Below, piece after piece: positions 49,101 through 62,330 of a DNA stretch of 64,000 bases. The notes below the pieces were generated by a model, which ran no database searches, was not told the DNA's origin, and worked only from the letters and a program-made list of their open reading frames with translations. This DNA is from Glycera tridactyla (taxonomy: Eukaryota). Position 1 is the stretch's first letter. Each line of letters starts with the position of its first letter. The DNA lies in contig OZ286465.1 of assembly GCA_965644265.1 (NCBI GenBank), forward strand, positions 51,212,001-51,276,000. The letters run 5' to 3'. A program made the translations under genes and the position numbers.

Positions 49101-52100
49101 AGCATGCAAAATAGTGATTGATACATGATCCAAAGTCATCAACTAAGTGATCTGACAATTGTGCCTCGCCAAATAGTTACTTTTTACCGAAGTCATGAAC
49201 TCGACTGGAGGGGAGGGGGTAGGGTGCAGGTCTTTTATACTGGCGGATTTATGTTTTAAGGCATAATGCTAACAATTCATTTGCCACGAAGATGATTTCT
49301 CAATACATCAGAAGATTGGAATACAGATTCTACTCTGAAGTGTATAATTCTTTTACTTCGACAGGTGCATATGATCTGAGCGTCTTTTCGAGTGGGATAT
49401 TTTATATTGATTGCTGAAAAAGCAATTGAAGTTATATCCTACAGTCACACAGATTCCTTTGGTAGAGTTGGGAACAGAATGTAGAAGTCACCTCACTGCA
49501 AGTGCCACATTGTGTCGATACAGTGAAAACCATGTGGGAATAACTAGAACTGATTGCTGTTATCCTCTATCATCTGCAGACACTCCCGAACTGATTCAAC
49601 CGGATGACAACCTGCTCCGAAAAAAGGATATACGAAAAACCTTTGCCACAAAGATATGGAACGCCATAATATGCCTATTGTTTGAAGGGTCTCCTCCTCC
49701 TCTGATTGTCCAGCTGAGCAGATATACGCATAATTCCCTCTAGTCCTATTTTTGGCCATACTTTTCTACAACTACTTTGGGCTTCCGTCTCATGACCTTT
49801 AACCCTGTCAGAATGACTCTGCTGAGGTATCCGCTTTGGCGGTCGGTCTGACCATATGACGATTCGAAATCTCACACTGAAAGGAAATTTCACTCTCACT
49901 AATAATCTTTCCACTGTTTAAAATCGGTTTGATTAAATGGGATTATCCCTGAGCTTGCGTAAAACTCACCCTCATCCACAGACAAGCAGAATTGACAGAG
50001 AGGTGATAGCATACAGAAACTTTTAAATACCACGAGTGACCAGTTTCGAATAGCTGAGCGTTGTTATTGACGAAAATCTAACATTCTCTGACCAATGTAA
50101 CTGCATAATCAAACATATATCTCCACATTGTTCGGCGCTCGACCACATTCGACCAAACATTAGTCAATCGAGGGCGCATCGTTAGAGAAGGTATTTTGCT
50201 ATAAAGGTCTCGACCTCACTACATCTCATCGCTTCAAGTCACCCAAAATAGTTGTCTCAAAATAGTCGAAAAAAATCTTTGGATACACATTCTTCTCCAG
50301 TGAGTGTCATTCCAGTCTCCACGTGCCTCAACTATGCACACTATGTGATAGGTATACTACACAAAATGGGGACCAACCAGCCGCACAATGCACTGGTGAG
50401 TCGGTCAACCAGACAGACTACGAGCGAGGACCTGGAGGTCAAGAGAACCAGAACCCACTTCGCCAAATGCAGTGTTTTCCACAGAGGAGCCATCCTGTAG
50501 AACTCCCTGTCAACAGACAACTCTGTACACCATTCCATCTCTAAAGCCTCAAATCATTATTACATTTTAGATGACGCCGTCATTATAGTCAATCTTCATT
50601 GCTAAGAGTCCACTTGCTAATCACTGCAGCGTTCGAGCTTGATCTCGGAGTGCCAATCTATGCTGTAAATATGTACATTGTACCCCCCACCACAATTGAC
50701 CAGACAACACCAAACATGCCCACTACAATCGCAAACATAAATACACTCACACACAAGAGACATTCATACATCAACATGCAATTAGACCACACATCACAAC
50801 TTCATCAATAACCACACTCCCTGTTCTATACCAACCATATGCTTTTTGTTTCTGTTGTTTTTATTCACGTTTGATCCATGTTTTCATTCAATATGATCAC
50901 TGTCATGAACAAGTTTTTCAATTTAACTAATTTTTTGGGAAATTCATAATGGAAGGCAAATCATATAAATACTTACCAAATAGGTAGAAGATTGTTGGCC
51001 AACCACCATCAAAATCCACCGAGCAAAGTAGCCCCGATGAAGATAAGGCGATAATATTACCCAGGTTGGTTCCTGTTATTTATAAACAAAGTAGACAGTG
51101 ATGACGCCTAAACAATGCATGAGCTGATGTTTGTGGAAGGACTTTCATCGTGCTTTGTGTCAGGATTTGAGTGCATTTGATGATCCACGGTCATTTTCCC
51201 ATGAAGCGCTCAGCTTGAGAGTTCGCCTTCTCTGATGTTTTGATGCCTGACAGACATTAAAGTCTGACTAAAAAACACCAAATCATGTTCAACATGTGTG
51301 CTAGTGTTGAGTGAGATTCTCCTCAGATCACGAATGGCTCGCTCAGGTTAATGGACATTCTCGTTTCGGGGGATACATTTGTTCTGGTAAGGAGGTCAAT
51401 ATTGAAGTCAAAGTCACTACCCTTTTTGGAATTGTTTTATTGATTTTCAACTTAAGTAATCGTATAACGTTCACGATATTTTGAAGTACAATACAGTATT
51501 CATTCATTTGATATTGCTGACACCGCTTAGAGGATGTATGCATGGCTGAACGAAATACTACCTCACAATTACTTAAACTAAGTCACTTGATGAGAAAAGT
51601 GATACGAGTGTTAGTATAGACACTAGTCAAATGGAATTATGTAGATAAGCTTCCATGGAGAAATGATAAACTTGAGTATGTGCAGGCAGGAGGCCACACC
51701 ATGGCCAAAAGTTACCGACCCAGTTGCCTCCATTCTCCTATATGGATGAGGAGTCGAACAAATCATTCGATCAAAAACCATATGGAGGGAGGTAGAGAGA
51801 TGAAGGCACATCCGAGAAAATGCTACATGTAAGTACCACTATATCGATGTGTTTCTATCATGAGAGAGAGTGGCATCGACTCACCAGCGTGTATGAAAGT
51901 GAACAACTTGCTTCTCTCGAGAGGAGGCGACCACTTGGCCAACAGTGAATTCATCGACGGAAAGGAGCCACCCTGCAGAATAAATAAAGCCAGACAGTCC
52001 CAGATCTTGAACACATAGAATGGACGCTGCACCCATATCACAAACAGAAGATGCTGCTTTTACATCACAAACAAAAGGTGCTGCACTGATGCCACTGATA

Positions 52101-55100
52101 GATCCCGCATCTATATTACATCTCAATCAGAAAAGAGTTTAGATATTTTTGAACGGATCAGTAACACAGATTGTAGGAATAATAAATTGCCAGAAGAGAA
52201 TGATTGATGGTACTTATGCCTATTTTACCCAATTTTTCATGGTTGCCATGAAAACAATAGTCTCATTCATGAACCAGCGTTTCCTGCAGTTGTTGCTACT
52301 TTGTTCATCAATATAATGTACATATCATTTCACTGGTTCGCTCAATTGCAGGACAGGTTCAGCTGACATAGGCTTGGTGACCTTGGTAATAGAATTACTA
52401 CCAAGTAAGCTGTGAAAAAGTGATTCTTTTTCATCACATAATGAATCACATAGGAGTGTAGATATTTCTGAGTGAATCAGTAACACTGATCATTGGAACA
52501 ACGAATTGCCAGAAGAGGATAATCAACAGTACTTTTGCCCATTTTCACACAATCTAGATGATTGACATGGAAACGGTGAAATTTTCACAGAAAAGTTGGC
52601 TCCCATCGAAGAGCCTATGTGGAATAACATAGGATCAGACACTTATTTCATGAATGTGGACCAAATTATTGCTGATCTGAGGCATTCTTCATTTCCCCCA
52701 AATTTCAGGTACTGGTTGCCGTGGAAACCAGGATTTCTCAGGTCGCCAGTGGTTTTGACCCAAATGAGTGTCAGTTCCAGGTGCCCAGCATTATAACAAA
52801 CATTTTGATATATAGCAACAAATGTGGTGCTCCCGGAATGAAAGACTCTTGAAGTAAGCCTCTTTTTTCATATCACTGCTCTACTGAATAGGTCTGGCAT
52901 TCATGCCACACGCAAGATCCATGCTACCATCCTTACCCGACTGTTTCATGCTTTACATACCTTACCAAAAAATAACAATCAAAACATATCCCCGATCAAA
53001 ACAAAAATATTGTTTATCACTGTAATATACTGCCATCTGCCATTAATGTTTTGCACCAGAGCTTTTACGGATTCAGGTTACGTACAGTTGCGACTCCAAT
53101 GAGGATGCGGAGGGCAATTAGGGCTGTATAATGAGTACGGGCAGCGAGTGGTGAGAGGAGAGTGGCGAGAGTGGTGATCAACATTCCTACGCCAAACACA
53201 TGCTTCCCACCATAACGATCCGCTAATAGACCAGCCGGAACTTGCGACACCATATAGCCATAGAAAATTGCACTCAACAGGTGGCCTTGTATTGTTCTGT
53301 CCCACTCCAACTCGCCCTGTGAAAGAAAGAAGATCTGAAATAATGTGCAATCGAAAAACATGAATTCTGTGGCCAGCAGTTTGGCAAGGCTGGGAAGAAA
53401 CTGCAATCAAGTTTTCTGTTTTCAAGGGCATGTAACTGATGTGATGGAGAAAAATGTAGGCTAGGTCATGGATTTCAAGGATCTATCCATTTTAGTACAT
53501 ACATACCCTAAGACCCAATGTCATTCAAGTCTCATTCAATGACACCATATGAGGAAAGGCATCCATCTCAAATGATCAGAGCACCATCTGAACTGCACTC
53601 ATCAGATAAGGAGAAAAGTGGCTCTGCAACCGTAGATGAACAAATGCTTCTCAATCCGCCAAAACAGCTGTTCCAGAAGCTGATGTAGATAGATTTTTCT
53701 GTGGCGACACCTCAATTCACATTCACACTGGTTGGATAGACACCCTGCCCACCGTTCCTACCTCATACTTGGGTGAGTAATTCTCATCGATATTTTCACT
53801 GCAGTCATCATCAGGTGTTGGAACTATAGTGGCATTCACTGTCCGAGAGTTGTTGGTGTCTGGATCCTTCACCATGCACACAATGGCCATGCTCAAGTTG
53901 ATTCGCATTGCATACACACAGCTAATACCAAGTATTCCAGAGTATGCGAAGATCCATCTTGCTGAGCAAAGCGCTGGTACTGGAAGGACAAAATCATATA
54001 AGCATCCAATTGATACATGTGTGAATCAGGCACAGGTTTTGATGGTATGATGTATTTATTATGACAAGGAGCTGACAGTTGAAGTTGATGGACATACTTA
54101 AACATGGACAAGGGCCCACCTAATATATGGATATATTGGAAATTGGTAACGCTTAAAAAGGAAGAGAGTGGGGTACCTGGGCTCTGGGAAGCAAAGTGAA
54201 GGGCATCTGACATCATCTAGTCCAGTGAGGTTGACCTTCGGTGAAGCAGTGTGGTTCTCCTTAACTTAAATTAAATTCACTTATTGCATTTGACAGTAAT
54301 GCCAATAAATTTGTTTTGGTCCTTGGAGATGGTGCATGGTGAGGAGAGCATGGTCATTACATACTTGAGACTTTCTCCATTCAATACAGACACCATGGCT
54401 GCTTATAGTCAGAATTCACTATATCCGTGAGGGATCTTTTGAACATTGACAAAACTACATCAGAGATATATCTAGGGACATCCCATGCCATTGTGCGAAC
54501 ATATTGCCCCTTCTGATGTTTGATTTGGGAAAAAGAATTATAAAAATATAATAATATAAAAAATATGAAAATGTTCATGGTTGAGATCCCTTAGCTTTTA
54601 AATTGACTTTGCATCAAACTCCCATCCTGTTATGTAATTGCACCTAGTTCCCACGGGGTAGTAGCAGACTTTAAAGTTCTTCTGACAATGTCAATGGTGC
54701 TCAATTTCTTCAGTGCGTTGTCGATTATGTTCCGTACCATAGCCCCACGATATCTAAAATTTCCCTTTGAACGTTGTAATCTCAGTTAGGGTGCACGGAG
54801 GTGTTTATTAATGCTAGCTCTTGTTTGTCTGTTGTGGGATTCGCGAACATATTGGAACAGGTTACTTAAATGAGATGGAAGTGAATTGGTTTTCAGAATT
54901 TTGAACATAAATGTTGCTGAGTGCTTCTCACGCCTAGCTTTTAGGGTGTCTAGACCTAGCTCCTTGTGAAGTGGCTGACTCGGTGTACGTTTATTTTTCA
55001 TGAGAATTGTTCTGGTAGCACAATTTTGTACACGCTGTAGCGTATCATCATCACGCTGGGAGAGATTATCGTAGACGATGTCGCAGTAGTCAAATATAGG

Positions 55101-57328
55101 AGTGACCAGGTTTTTATATAGTAACAGGGCTGTATCTCGGTCGATAATGGGTCGTAAGCGGCCAAGAACTTTCACTTTTTTGATAGTTTCATATTTAACA
55201 TGATCAGCATGCGCTTTAAACTGTAGTTTGCTATCTGCTCACATTGAGCATAAGCTTATTGTCGTATATCCAGTTTGCGATTGAAGCCAGATTATCATAC
55301 AAGACTTGGGCCATTTCCGTAGGAGAATCATTGTTGTGAGAGAGGGTGGTATCATCCGCATAGAGATGTACATTTAGGTTACTGAATAGTCCTGGTAAGT
55401 AATTAATGTAGGTCGTGAAAAGCAGGGGCCCCAGGATGGATCCCTGGGGCACTCCACAGTTCCCGGGGAGTGGATCAGAAGTAGTCCCATTTGCACGCAT
55501 TGAGCAAGTTCTATCTGATAGATAAGAGTTAATCCAATGTACGGCTTCCTTGGTAAGGCCCATATTTTTCAATTTCAGACAAACTAATTCGTGGTTCACT
55601 GTATCGAATGCCTTTTTGAGGTCCTGGAAGAGGACTCCACTGGTACACCCCCGCTCCAGCCCCTGGTAGATCTTGTCCAGGAATTGGAGCAGGCATGTCA
55701 CAGTGGAATGACCCTTCCTGAACCCCGATTGTTCTTTACATAAAATATTCATACGTTCTAGATAGTCGTGTAGTTGGTTGTGTATTAAATGTTCTGATAC
55801 TTTACTGATGGGTGCCAAAACAGTGATAGGTCGGTAGTCAGAGGGACTGCTTCTATCTCCATCTTCAAAGAGGGGAGTGATGACACCGTTTTTTTTCCAT
55901 ATTTTTGGGAAGGTGGGTGTTTCAATGCTTAGATCAAGGATTCTTTTAAGAAGAGGTCAAGCAACTGGTAATATCCATTTTGAAATTGTTGGTGTCAGAC
56001 CATCGTCACCGCAACTCTGAGAACTTGATAGTTCCCGTGTGATCTTCAAGATCGGCCGGTGTAAAGTTAACATTGGCATTTGCACAGATAGGTGATTCTG
56101 TTGTCAGAGGTGTTGGATGATTACTGGTCTGTGGCATAGATTCATTAATTTTTTGGCCAATGCTACTGAAGAAAAGATTCAGTTGATTCATTATTCCAAT
56201 CTTTCCCATCAGGCCAAAATTCAAGTATTTCCCCCAAAGATTGCTTCCAGTCACCGGCTGTTTCAGACAACTTATTCTTAACATAGGATCGTTGAAGCAT
56301 TTGTTTCAGTCGGTTTGTCTGTTGCTGGGCCTCTTTCTTTTTAGCAGCATTCTCAGGGGTTAGATTCAATCTACAGTGCTGGGTCAATCGTCATGGTCGA
56401 GGGCTGACTGGGAATAGAACAACTACCCGTCTGTGGTAAGGGCGTGCCTGGATGTTCCGAGAATTGAGTAAATTCCAGTCCATCAATGAAGAAGACTGGG
56501 CTACCTTTAATTATGTCCTGGATGATGGTTTCTCCATGGGAAAGATCGGGATTTTCCAGTGTTTTCTCCGGTGTTGCCTCATCCTTTTTCGGGTTCTTAT
56601 TCGTACTCTCCCGGGGAGAAATGTTATCAGCGTCTCTCTTCAGTATATCCTTGGTATTGGGAGTGACAGCCATTTTGTCTCCCACTAAGGAGGTCGCTAT
56701 GCTCGCGGCGGAAAGTCCAAAAACTACTTTTGATTTTGTGTCAATTTTTTCCAGATTCTCTGTGGTAGTTCCCGACGTAGTTTCGGGTGGTTTCGTCGCA
56801 GAATCCATGGTTTCAAAAATGACTCCTGGCTGTGCAATTGAAATGAAAAATTTATAAACGAGAATTTCATGTCAAGTAACAATAAAGAATCATTCGACTG
56901 TCAGTTCAAATCGGATTATGGCGAAACTCGGCACATTTATCATTTGTACAAGCATGTGATATCTCTCTCATGATATATGACCTTGACCTAATTCGAAGGT
57001 TGTGAAGGCCAAATATTGATGTCAAGCCCAATTGGTCGTCAAGTCTCATATTTGACCTCTATATAGTTTTTCTCCGTCTCCATTTGTCAGTTAATTTGAT
57101 CATTGGAAAGGAAACTGGATTCACCGCTCAATCCCACATATTTTGTATAGGGGGAACCAACGCTCCCGGGAAGAAGGATTTTGCAAAATTCGTGATGGTA
57201 TAGTAAGACATGGTGCTAGTGGTCCATGGTGGCTAGGATGATGGTCGTCGTCGTCCGCGGTAGTGGTTATATAGTTGAGATGGCGGAGGTGACGATGGAA
57301 ATTGTGGAGGTGGTGTTGGTGGTGTTGG

Positions 57329-57365
<37 letters not shown>

Positions 57366-59641
57366 GCTGGCGGTGTCGGACCATCATACTGCTGCGAGGG
57401 ATGATTTTTTGTAGTATAGTGGTTGCTGTGTCGTACTTCGTCTCATGTCTCCATGGCAGACAGATGAACGGAAGGACGGACATATGGACGGAAGGACAGA
57501 CTGATGGATATTGAGAGAGATGATATGCCTGATAAACCTTGTCAAATATGAATATGGTGGGTACGTTTCACGCGATAACTTCGCATTTTTCGGTCTGATC
57601 TGAATTTTGAAGGCACGAATGTATTGCTCTTCCGGCGATTATCGAGCGGATTTCATATAGTTTGTGGGCTTCTGAAAAGGATACGCCATCATCTCACTGC
57701 ATTTCTTTCGGCAATTCCGCCGCTGGCATTATCGGCAAATATTCGTATGCGAAACAGCATAGATACGGCCGCCACAGTCGCCGTTTGTGGGCTTCTGAAA
57801 AGGATACGCCATCATTTCATTGCTTTTCTTTTCGGCAAATTCGCTGGCATTATGGGCAAATATTGGTATGCGAAACAGTCGAGATACGGCTGCCGCAATC
57901 GACATAGTTGGCATTCTCAGGTGAAATATGCAAGTGGACTTCATCGTGATCAGATTTTAGTCGTCGCAGATGTCAGCAATGTCGGTCAGTCAGGCCTAAT
58001 TTATTCCCATGCGAATTCGCGATGCTAGGGCAAAAAACGTACCCGCCATGACCAAACTTGACAGACTGTTTCGGTCTCTATTTATGGATGAGCATACGCC
58101 TCACCGAACTCCATACTCGAGTGTTCATTCTTTGTGATTTAACTCCTCCTAGTTCAACATATGGATCCGGAGAGCTCTGTGGAGTGATGAGTTTGATCGT
58201 TCTATCAGACAGATGAATGGAATGGCAGAAAGATGGTCGCAAGGACAGACGGATGGACAGAAGGACAGACAGAAAGACAGCCATACAGACAGTCAGACAA
58301 GCAACAGATGGACAAGCAAAAGGATAGACAGAGAGACAGATGGACGGAAGGACAGACAGATGGACAGTAGGACAGACAGAAGGATGGAAGGACAGACAGA
58401 TGGACGGGAGGACAGACAGATGGACGAGAGGACAGGCAGATGGATGGACGTAAGAACAGACAGATGGACGGATGAATAGACAGATGAATGGAACGACAGA
58501 CAGTTGGACAGAAGCACTGACAGACAATTGAATGGAAGGACAGAGAGACAGACATACAGATAGACAGACAGACATTCAAATCGAATGACAATTAGAGAGA
58601 CAGATAGACAAGCAAAAAAACAGACAGAGAGACAGGTGGACTGAAGGACAGATAGATGGACAGAAGGACAGACAGATGGACCAAAGGACAGACAGGTGGG
58701 CGGAAGAACAGACAGATTGATGGAACGACAGACAGATGGACGGTATGACAGACAGATAGGAAGACAGACAAACAGTCAGACAGACAGACGGACACGCAAT
58801 AGATGGACGAGGAGAAAAACAGACAGAGAGATAGATGGACGGAAGGACAAGCAGATGGACCGAACGACAGACAGATGGACGGGAGGAACTATCCAACTTT
58901 TGATCTTTGACTGAAGATATCTTCATGGTTTTGACTGTGTTGGTGCAATTGTTTACTGTTTTAACATATTTATCTTGCTTAGTCCAGCTGAGTCACACTG
59001 CTCCTGACCCGACAGAATCATCTGTCTGTATCTACCACATTCTCCAGTCATCCTATCTTCCTGACAATCTGTCACTGTCTGCTTAAAACTCACCTTTTCA
59101 ACTTCGATGTTCTTAGTTGTACTGTTTTGGTTTTTACCACCCGACTGTCCCCGGTTAAATGGATATAGTATTTGTTAAGTCAAGTTCTTCATGATATACG
59201 ATTACATATTGTATGTCCTTCTGGCCGACTGATCATGGATGAAAATGATTACAAACAAACAGATAGACGGAACGACAGAAAGATGGACGGGAGGACAGAC
59301 AGATGGCTGGAAGGACGGACAGATGGATGGGAGGACAGACAGATGGATGGGAGGACAGACAGATGGATGGATGGACATAGAGATCGATGGAACGACAGAC
59401 AATTGGACAGAAAGACAGAGAGTCAATTGAATGGAAGGACAGACAGGCAAAGAGACCGATATATGGATAGACAGACATTCAGACAGAATAACAGACAGAC
59501 AGATAGACAGAGCAATATCGATCAAGAATTTCTCAAATACAAAATGCATTCTTTCTGAATACGAGACATGTGCGGGTCTATGGTCTATCTGATCGATTAC
59601 ATACCTGTTTTATCTCCGATGTGCGACTCAGTCATGCTCAT
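43842..59641 (-). CDS. SLC17A5: SLC17 family (sialin-like) transporter, copy 2, ~526-528 aa
   Basis: Exons 59641(or 59635)-59605, 53979-53762, 53316-53086, 51972-51885, 51072-50977, 49090-48951, 48588-48439, 47562-47430, 46672-46522, 45110-45020, 44093-43842 (TGA). Internal exon lengths are identical to copy 1, all GT-AG, no stops. N-terminus is MSMTESHIGDKTVPALCSARW. Confidence 0.9.
46060..46141. repeat. (CA)n microsatellite
   Basis: Long CA run in an intron of SLC17 copy 2. Confidence 0.95.
47845..48130 (-). mobile_element. Possible diverged solo pLTR of a related PLE with a degenerate hammerhead core
   Basis: Follows a (TA)n run. Its start tgtgacgaggcaaag..gacgtctg resembles the pLTR start tgtagacgtggctaagcacgtctg. 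Minus strand CTGATGAGGCCCTGAAACTCG at 48059-48079. Confidence 0.4.
50300..50600 (+). mobile_element. 3' end fragment of an L2/CR1-type LINE
   Basis: SRSTRQTTSEDLEVKRTRTHFAKCSVFHRGAIL*NSL matches the ORF2 C-terminal pattern TR.....L..p..rT...k.sf.yrGa.lWN.L. Confidence 0.55.
54635..56808 (-). mobile_element. Decayed, internally deleted L2/Crack-type LINE in intron 1 of SLC17 copy 2
   Basis: QSGFRKGHST, DLKKAFDTVNH, GVPQGSILGPLLF, LYADDT, LYKNLVTPIFDYC, LQRVQN, HNRQTRA, FRYRGA. Multiple stops and frameshifts. An ORF1-like 5' stub lies at 56371-56808. Confidence 0.88.
57538..58068 (-). mobile_element. Inverted copy of the MITE family with an internal ~124-bp tandem duplication
   Basis: Ends ttgtcaaat...ggtgggtacgtttc and aaacgtacccgcc...cttgacagac. 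tttgtgggcttctgaaaaggatacgccatcat occurs at 57661 and 57785. Confidence 0.6.
58204..59512. repeat. Compound (GACA/GATG) simple satellite blocks (~58204-58885 and ~59265-59512)
   Basis: Roughly 12-bp ggacagacagat periodicity. Source of spurious S/V/C/L- and D/R/G/T-rich ORFs. Confidence 0.9.
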
Positions 59642-60414
59642 GGTAGCATGAAGGATGAATAGATCATCGGTGTTGACATTGAGGCTCACAAGGTTTGTAG
59701 TAAAATATGGAGCAGTTACGAGTTGGACATTATAGCCGGAAAATATTTAAGCAAAAAAAGGAATGTGATACGAAATCGTTCATTCCACCTCTCTCCCTGA
59801 CTCCTTCCCTCCCTCAATCAATCACCCCCTCCCTGCCCCTCACTCACTCACTCATTCACTCATTTCAATGTTTTTTTTACCTTCACGAAGCCTTCCTTTT
59901 TTGATGAACTCGCTTGCAAATTCTCGCATGTCATCATCGTCACATTTCTTCTTTGTGAAATTGCCAACGTTGGGGCGCTGTCGAGAACATTTTAACGATA
60001 TGCAATGTTCTCTGTGGTACATGTATCTAATGACATCAGAGCATTTTTTCATCATGGACATCGATTAAATGGACAAATAAAGCGATTCACGATTACCAAG
60101 TCTACACGATTCACGATTACCAAGTCTACAATCTAAGCAGTTTAGTCAAATAGTGTCACTGCTCATACGAAATAGTTCCCTCATATTTGCATGATTAGGT
60201 TTTTGTAAGGTTATATGGAAGGAATACCATATAAATCAGTCTATTCAATCTCATTGGATTCTTGCTGTCTTATCACGAATAGATCATGTTTGGGTAATTC
60301 GTCTTCGCATACTACGATCGAGTGGAAATAGTTCTCTCAAGGGGTGTATGAACATGGGAAATTATTAGTGTTTTGCCTCGCCTCCTAGTGAGACAGCAGT
60401 TGTATAAATGGGTT

Positions 60415-60545
60415 CGCGTGAGTCATTTTGGATCAGTATTTGCATGCAATCCTCCATAGAGAATACGCGTGAGTCATTTTAGTTCAGTATTTGCATGCAA
60501 TCCTCCATAGAGAATACGCGTGAGTCATTTTGGATCAGTATTTTT
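60415..60545. repeat. 51-bp tandem repeat, ~2.6 copies
   Basis: cgcgtgagtcatttt starts at 60415, 60466 and 60517. Confidence 0.9.
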
Positions 60546-60665
60546 GGTGCAGCAAGGTGCAACCATTCATCCATTTCTCTCTCCACCTTTCCACTCATTG
60601 AAACCATAAATTTACGGCTCAAAAAATTATATCGTTATTATCATTTTTTTGTTTTATTACATAGT

Positions 60666-61060
60666 CTATATTTTTAGAGGTGCTGTGGATATACCATCGG
60701 AAAGCACTTTTCTTTTGATATATAGATATGACAAGCCTGCTCGCTTTTGTTCATAGGTGAAAATCTGTTCATCTTTGGTCACTTGTATGCCTCTATTTAT
60801 TCCTTCATGAATTTTTCTTGATGATAAAACATCTTTGAAATGGGATAGCTGAAAGCTATTGAGTCTTTTGCTTAGCCCTTTAGTCGAAATCGTTTTGGCA
60901 TTGGAAGTATTGTCATGCAGAATATATGTCTTTGAATTGAGACAGATCATTTCATGACCTTCAGCTTCCAACTTCCATTTTCCAGGTGTGCGACATTCAT
61001 ACTTATAATGTTCTGACAGCACAGCCCATTTGTTCTGGAGGTGGCGTTATCCAAAGGTGC
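60666..61060 (-). mobile_element. C-terminal fragment of a Polinton/Maverick (adintovirus-like) protein-primed DNA polymerase B
   Basis: EHYKYECRTPGKWKLEAEGHEMICLNSKTY...ISTKGLSK...GINRG...FTYEQKRAGLSYLYIKRKVLSDGISTAPLKI* resembles, from my recollection of the family, the pPolB C-terminus (RTPG.fK.E, SKtY, S.KG, TY.Q, Y.KR.V..DG..T.PL). Confidence 0.7.
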
Positions 61061-61439
61061 ATGAGTGAGTGAGTGTTTGACTTCGAGCAGAGCATCTTCA
61101 TCTTGAACATTGAATATATTTCTGAAATGCAGGACTGGTGTTTGAGGTGGCCAAATGGGAATATTCCCCGAAATGTGCTTCGGCGCTCCTGTTGAAGAAA
61201 ACTTGTCGGATATTTCCCAGGTGTGAGAACTCAATATTAGCTCATTGGGTTGAATCTGGAGAACTATTCACAAATGTCATGCGATCGAGACCAAAGCTCA
61301 TCTGCTCCCATGTGAATCTCCTCCGATTGGTTCACATGCATAATTGTATCTGCCACAGAAGCAGTTTTGGTGTAATCTGTGCATAAGCCTAGTGGTGCTG
61401 GAGGTGGTGGTGGCAAAGCAAGTAGACCAATAAATACCC

Positions 61440-62330
61440 AGGATTGACTGTTGTCTGTGGCTCATGGTGCGTTTGTAATGTGTCTACTCTTATCAATTAC
61501 TGGCATATGCTTTTCAAGTGCGGTCTTGAAAATCTCATTCAACTCTGCTATATTTCTAACCAAGGTGTATTCTGAGATTTCAAGGTGGCTACAGTTCTCC
61601 TTGTGAACTTCATTAAAGGCATCAACATTTAGATTTTTCTATCTTCTGAATGGGATCTTCTGTCGACTTAACTTAGAACATTGGCGATACACATATAGAA
61701 GTGAGTGATCAGTTTCTGAGTGAGAATATTGGCAGCGATTGCTAATACAGACATGGTCAATCATGGTTGCTCAATGTGACTCTGGCCCAGGCTGATATCA
61801 TTTGGGTGACGTGGTATCTGTGCCCCAGGTTCTTCAATTCATGGGAGGCAGGGTTGTTCTCATGCATGTCTATATCGACGTCGCCCAACAAGAAAATATC
61901 AGCATAGTATTCGGGGTCAAGACAATTTCACTCAACTCATTAAGGCCAAAATCTACACTCCCACAGGGCGGTTAATATATGGCGGCTAAGTATGTGGGTC
62001 TTGCCATAGAAGTTCGATGTGAGGCAAAACATAGTGTGAATTCGCCACGGCCTGGAAGTTGTATCTGGAGTCGGCGTGAACAATTAGGCCTCCACCACCA
62101 GATCTCCCACTTGCCAGGCTTCTTTCTGCCCGATGGGTGATGATGCCGAGACTAATCAATTCAGCATCTGAGAAGGAGCCATTCAGAAAGGTCACAGATA
62201 AAGCCAAAAATTTGAGGTCACTTCCAGTCAGTAGAATCGTCACATCACCAAGCTACCCGATTAAGCTTTTTATATTAAGAAATCCAAAGCCCATTCGCTT
62301 TTGGTTGGCTAGAGCCTGACCTGATTGGGA
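61440..62330 (-). mobile_element. Decayed LINE ORF2 AP-endonuclease fragment (L2/CR1 type)
   Basis: DLKFLALSVTFL, HRAERS..SGRSGGGGLIV, AIY*PP, FLLGDVD, TMIDHV, TDHSLLY, ALEKHMPV, with stops and frameshifts. Confidence 0.75.

Noticed and set aside
57121-57514. Poly-Gln/His and poly-Cys ORFs
   Set aside because: (GTT/GGT)n trinucleotide repeat in intron 1.
58078-59558. Many overlapping ORFs of 60-165 aa
   Set aside because: GACA/GATG simple satellite.
61060-61430. Possible further Polinton gene (VLTPGKYPT, penton-like)
   Set aside because: Multiple stops and only a short generic motif; unsupported without a profile search.
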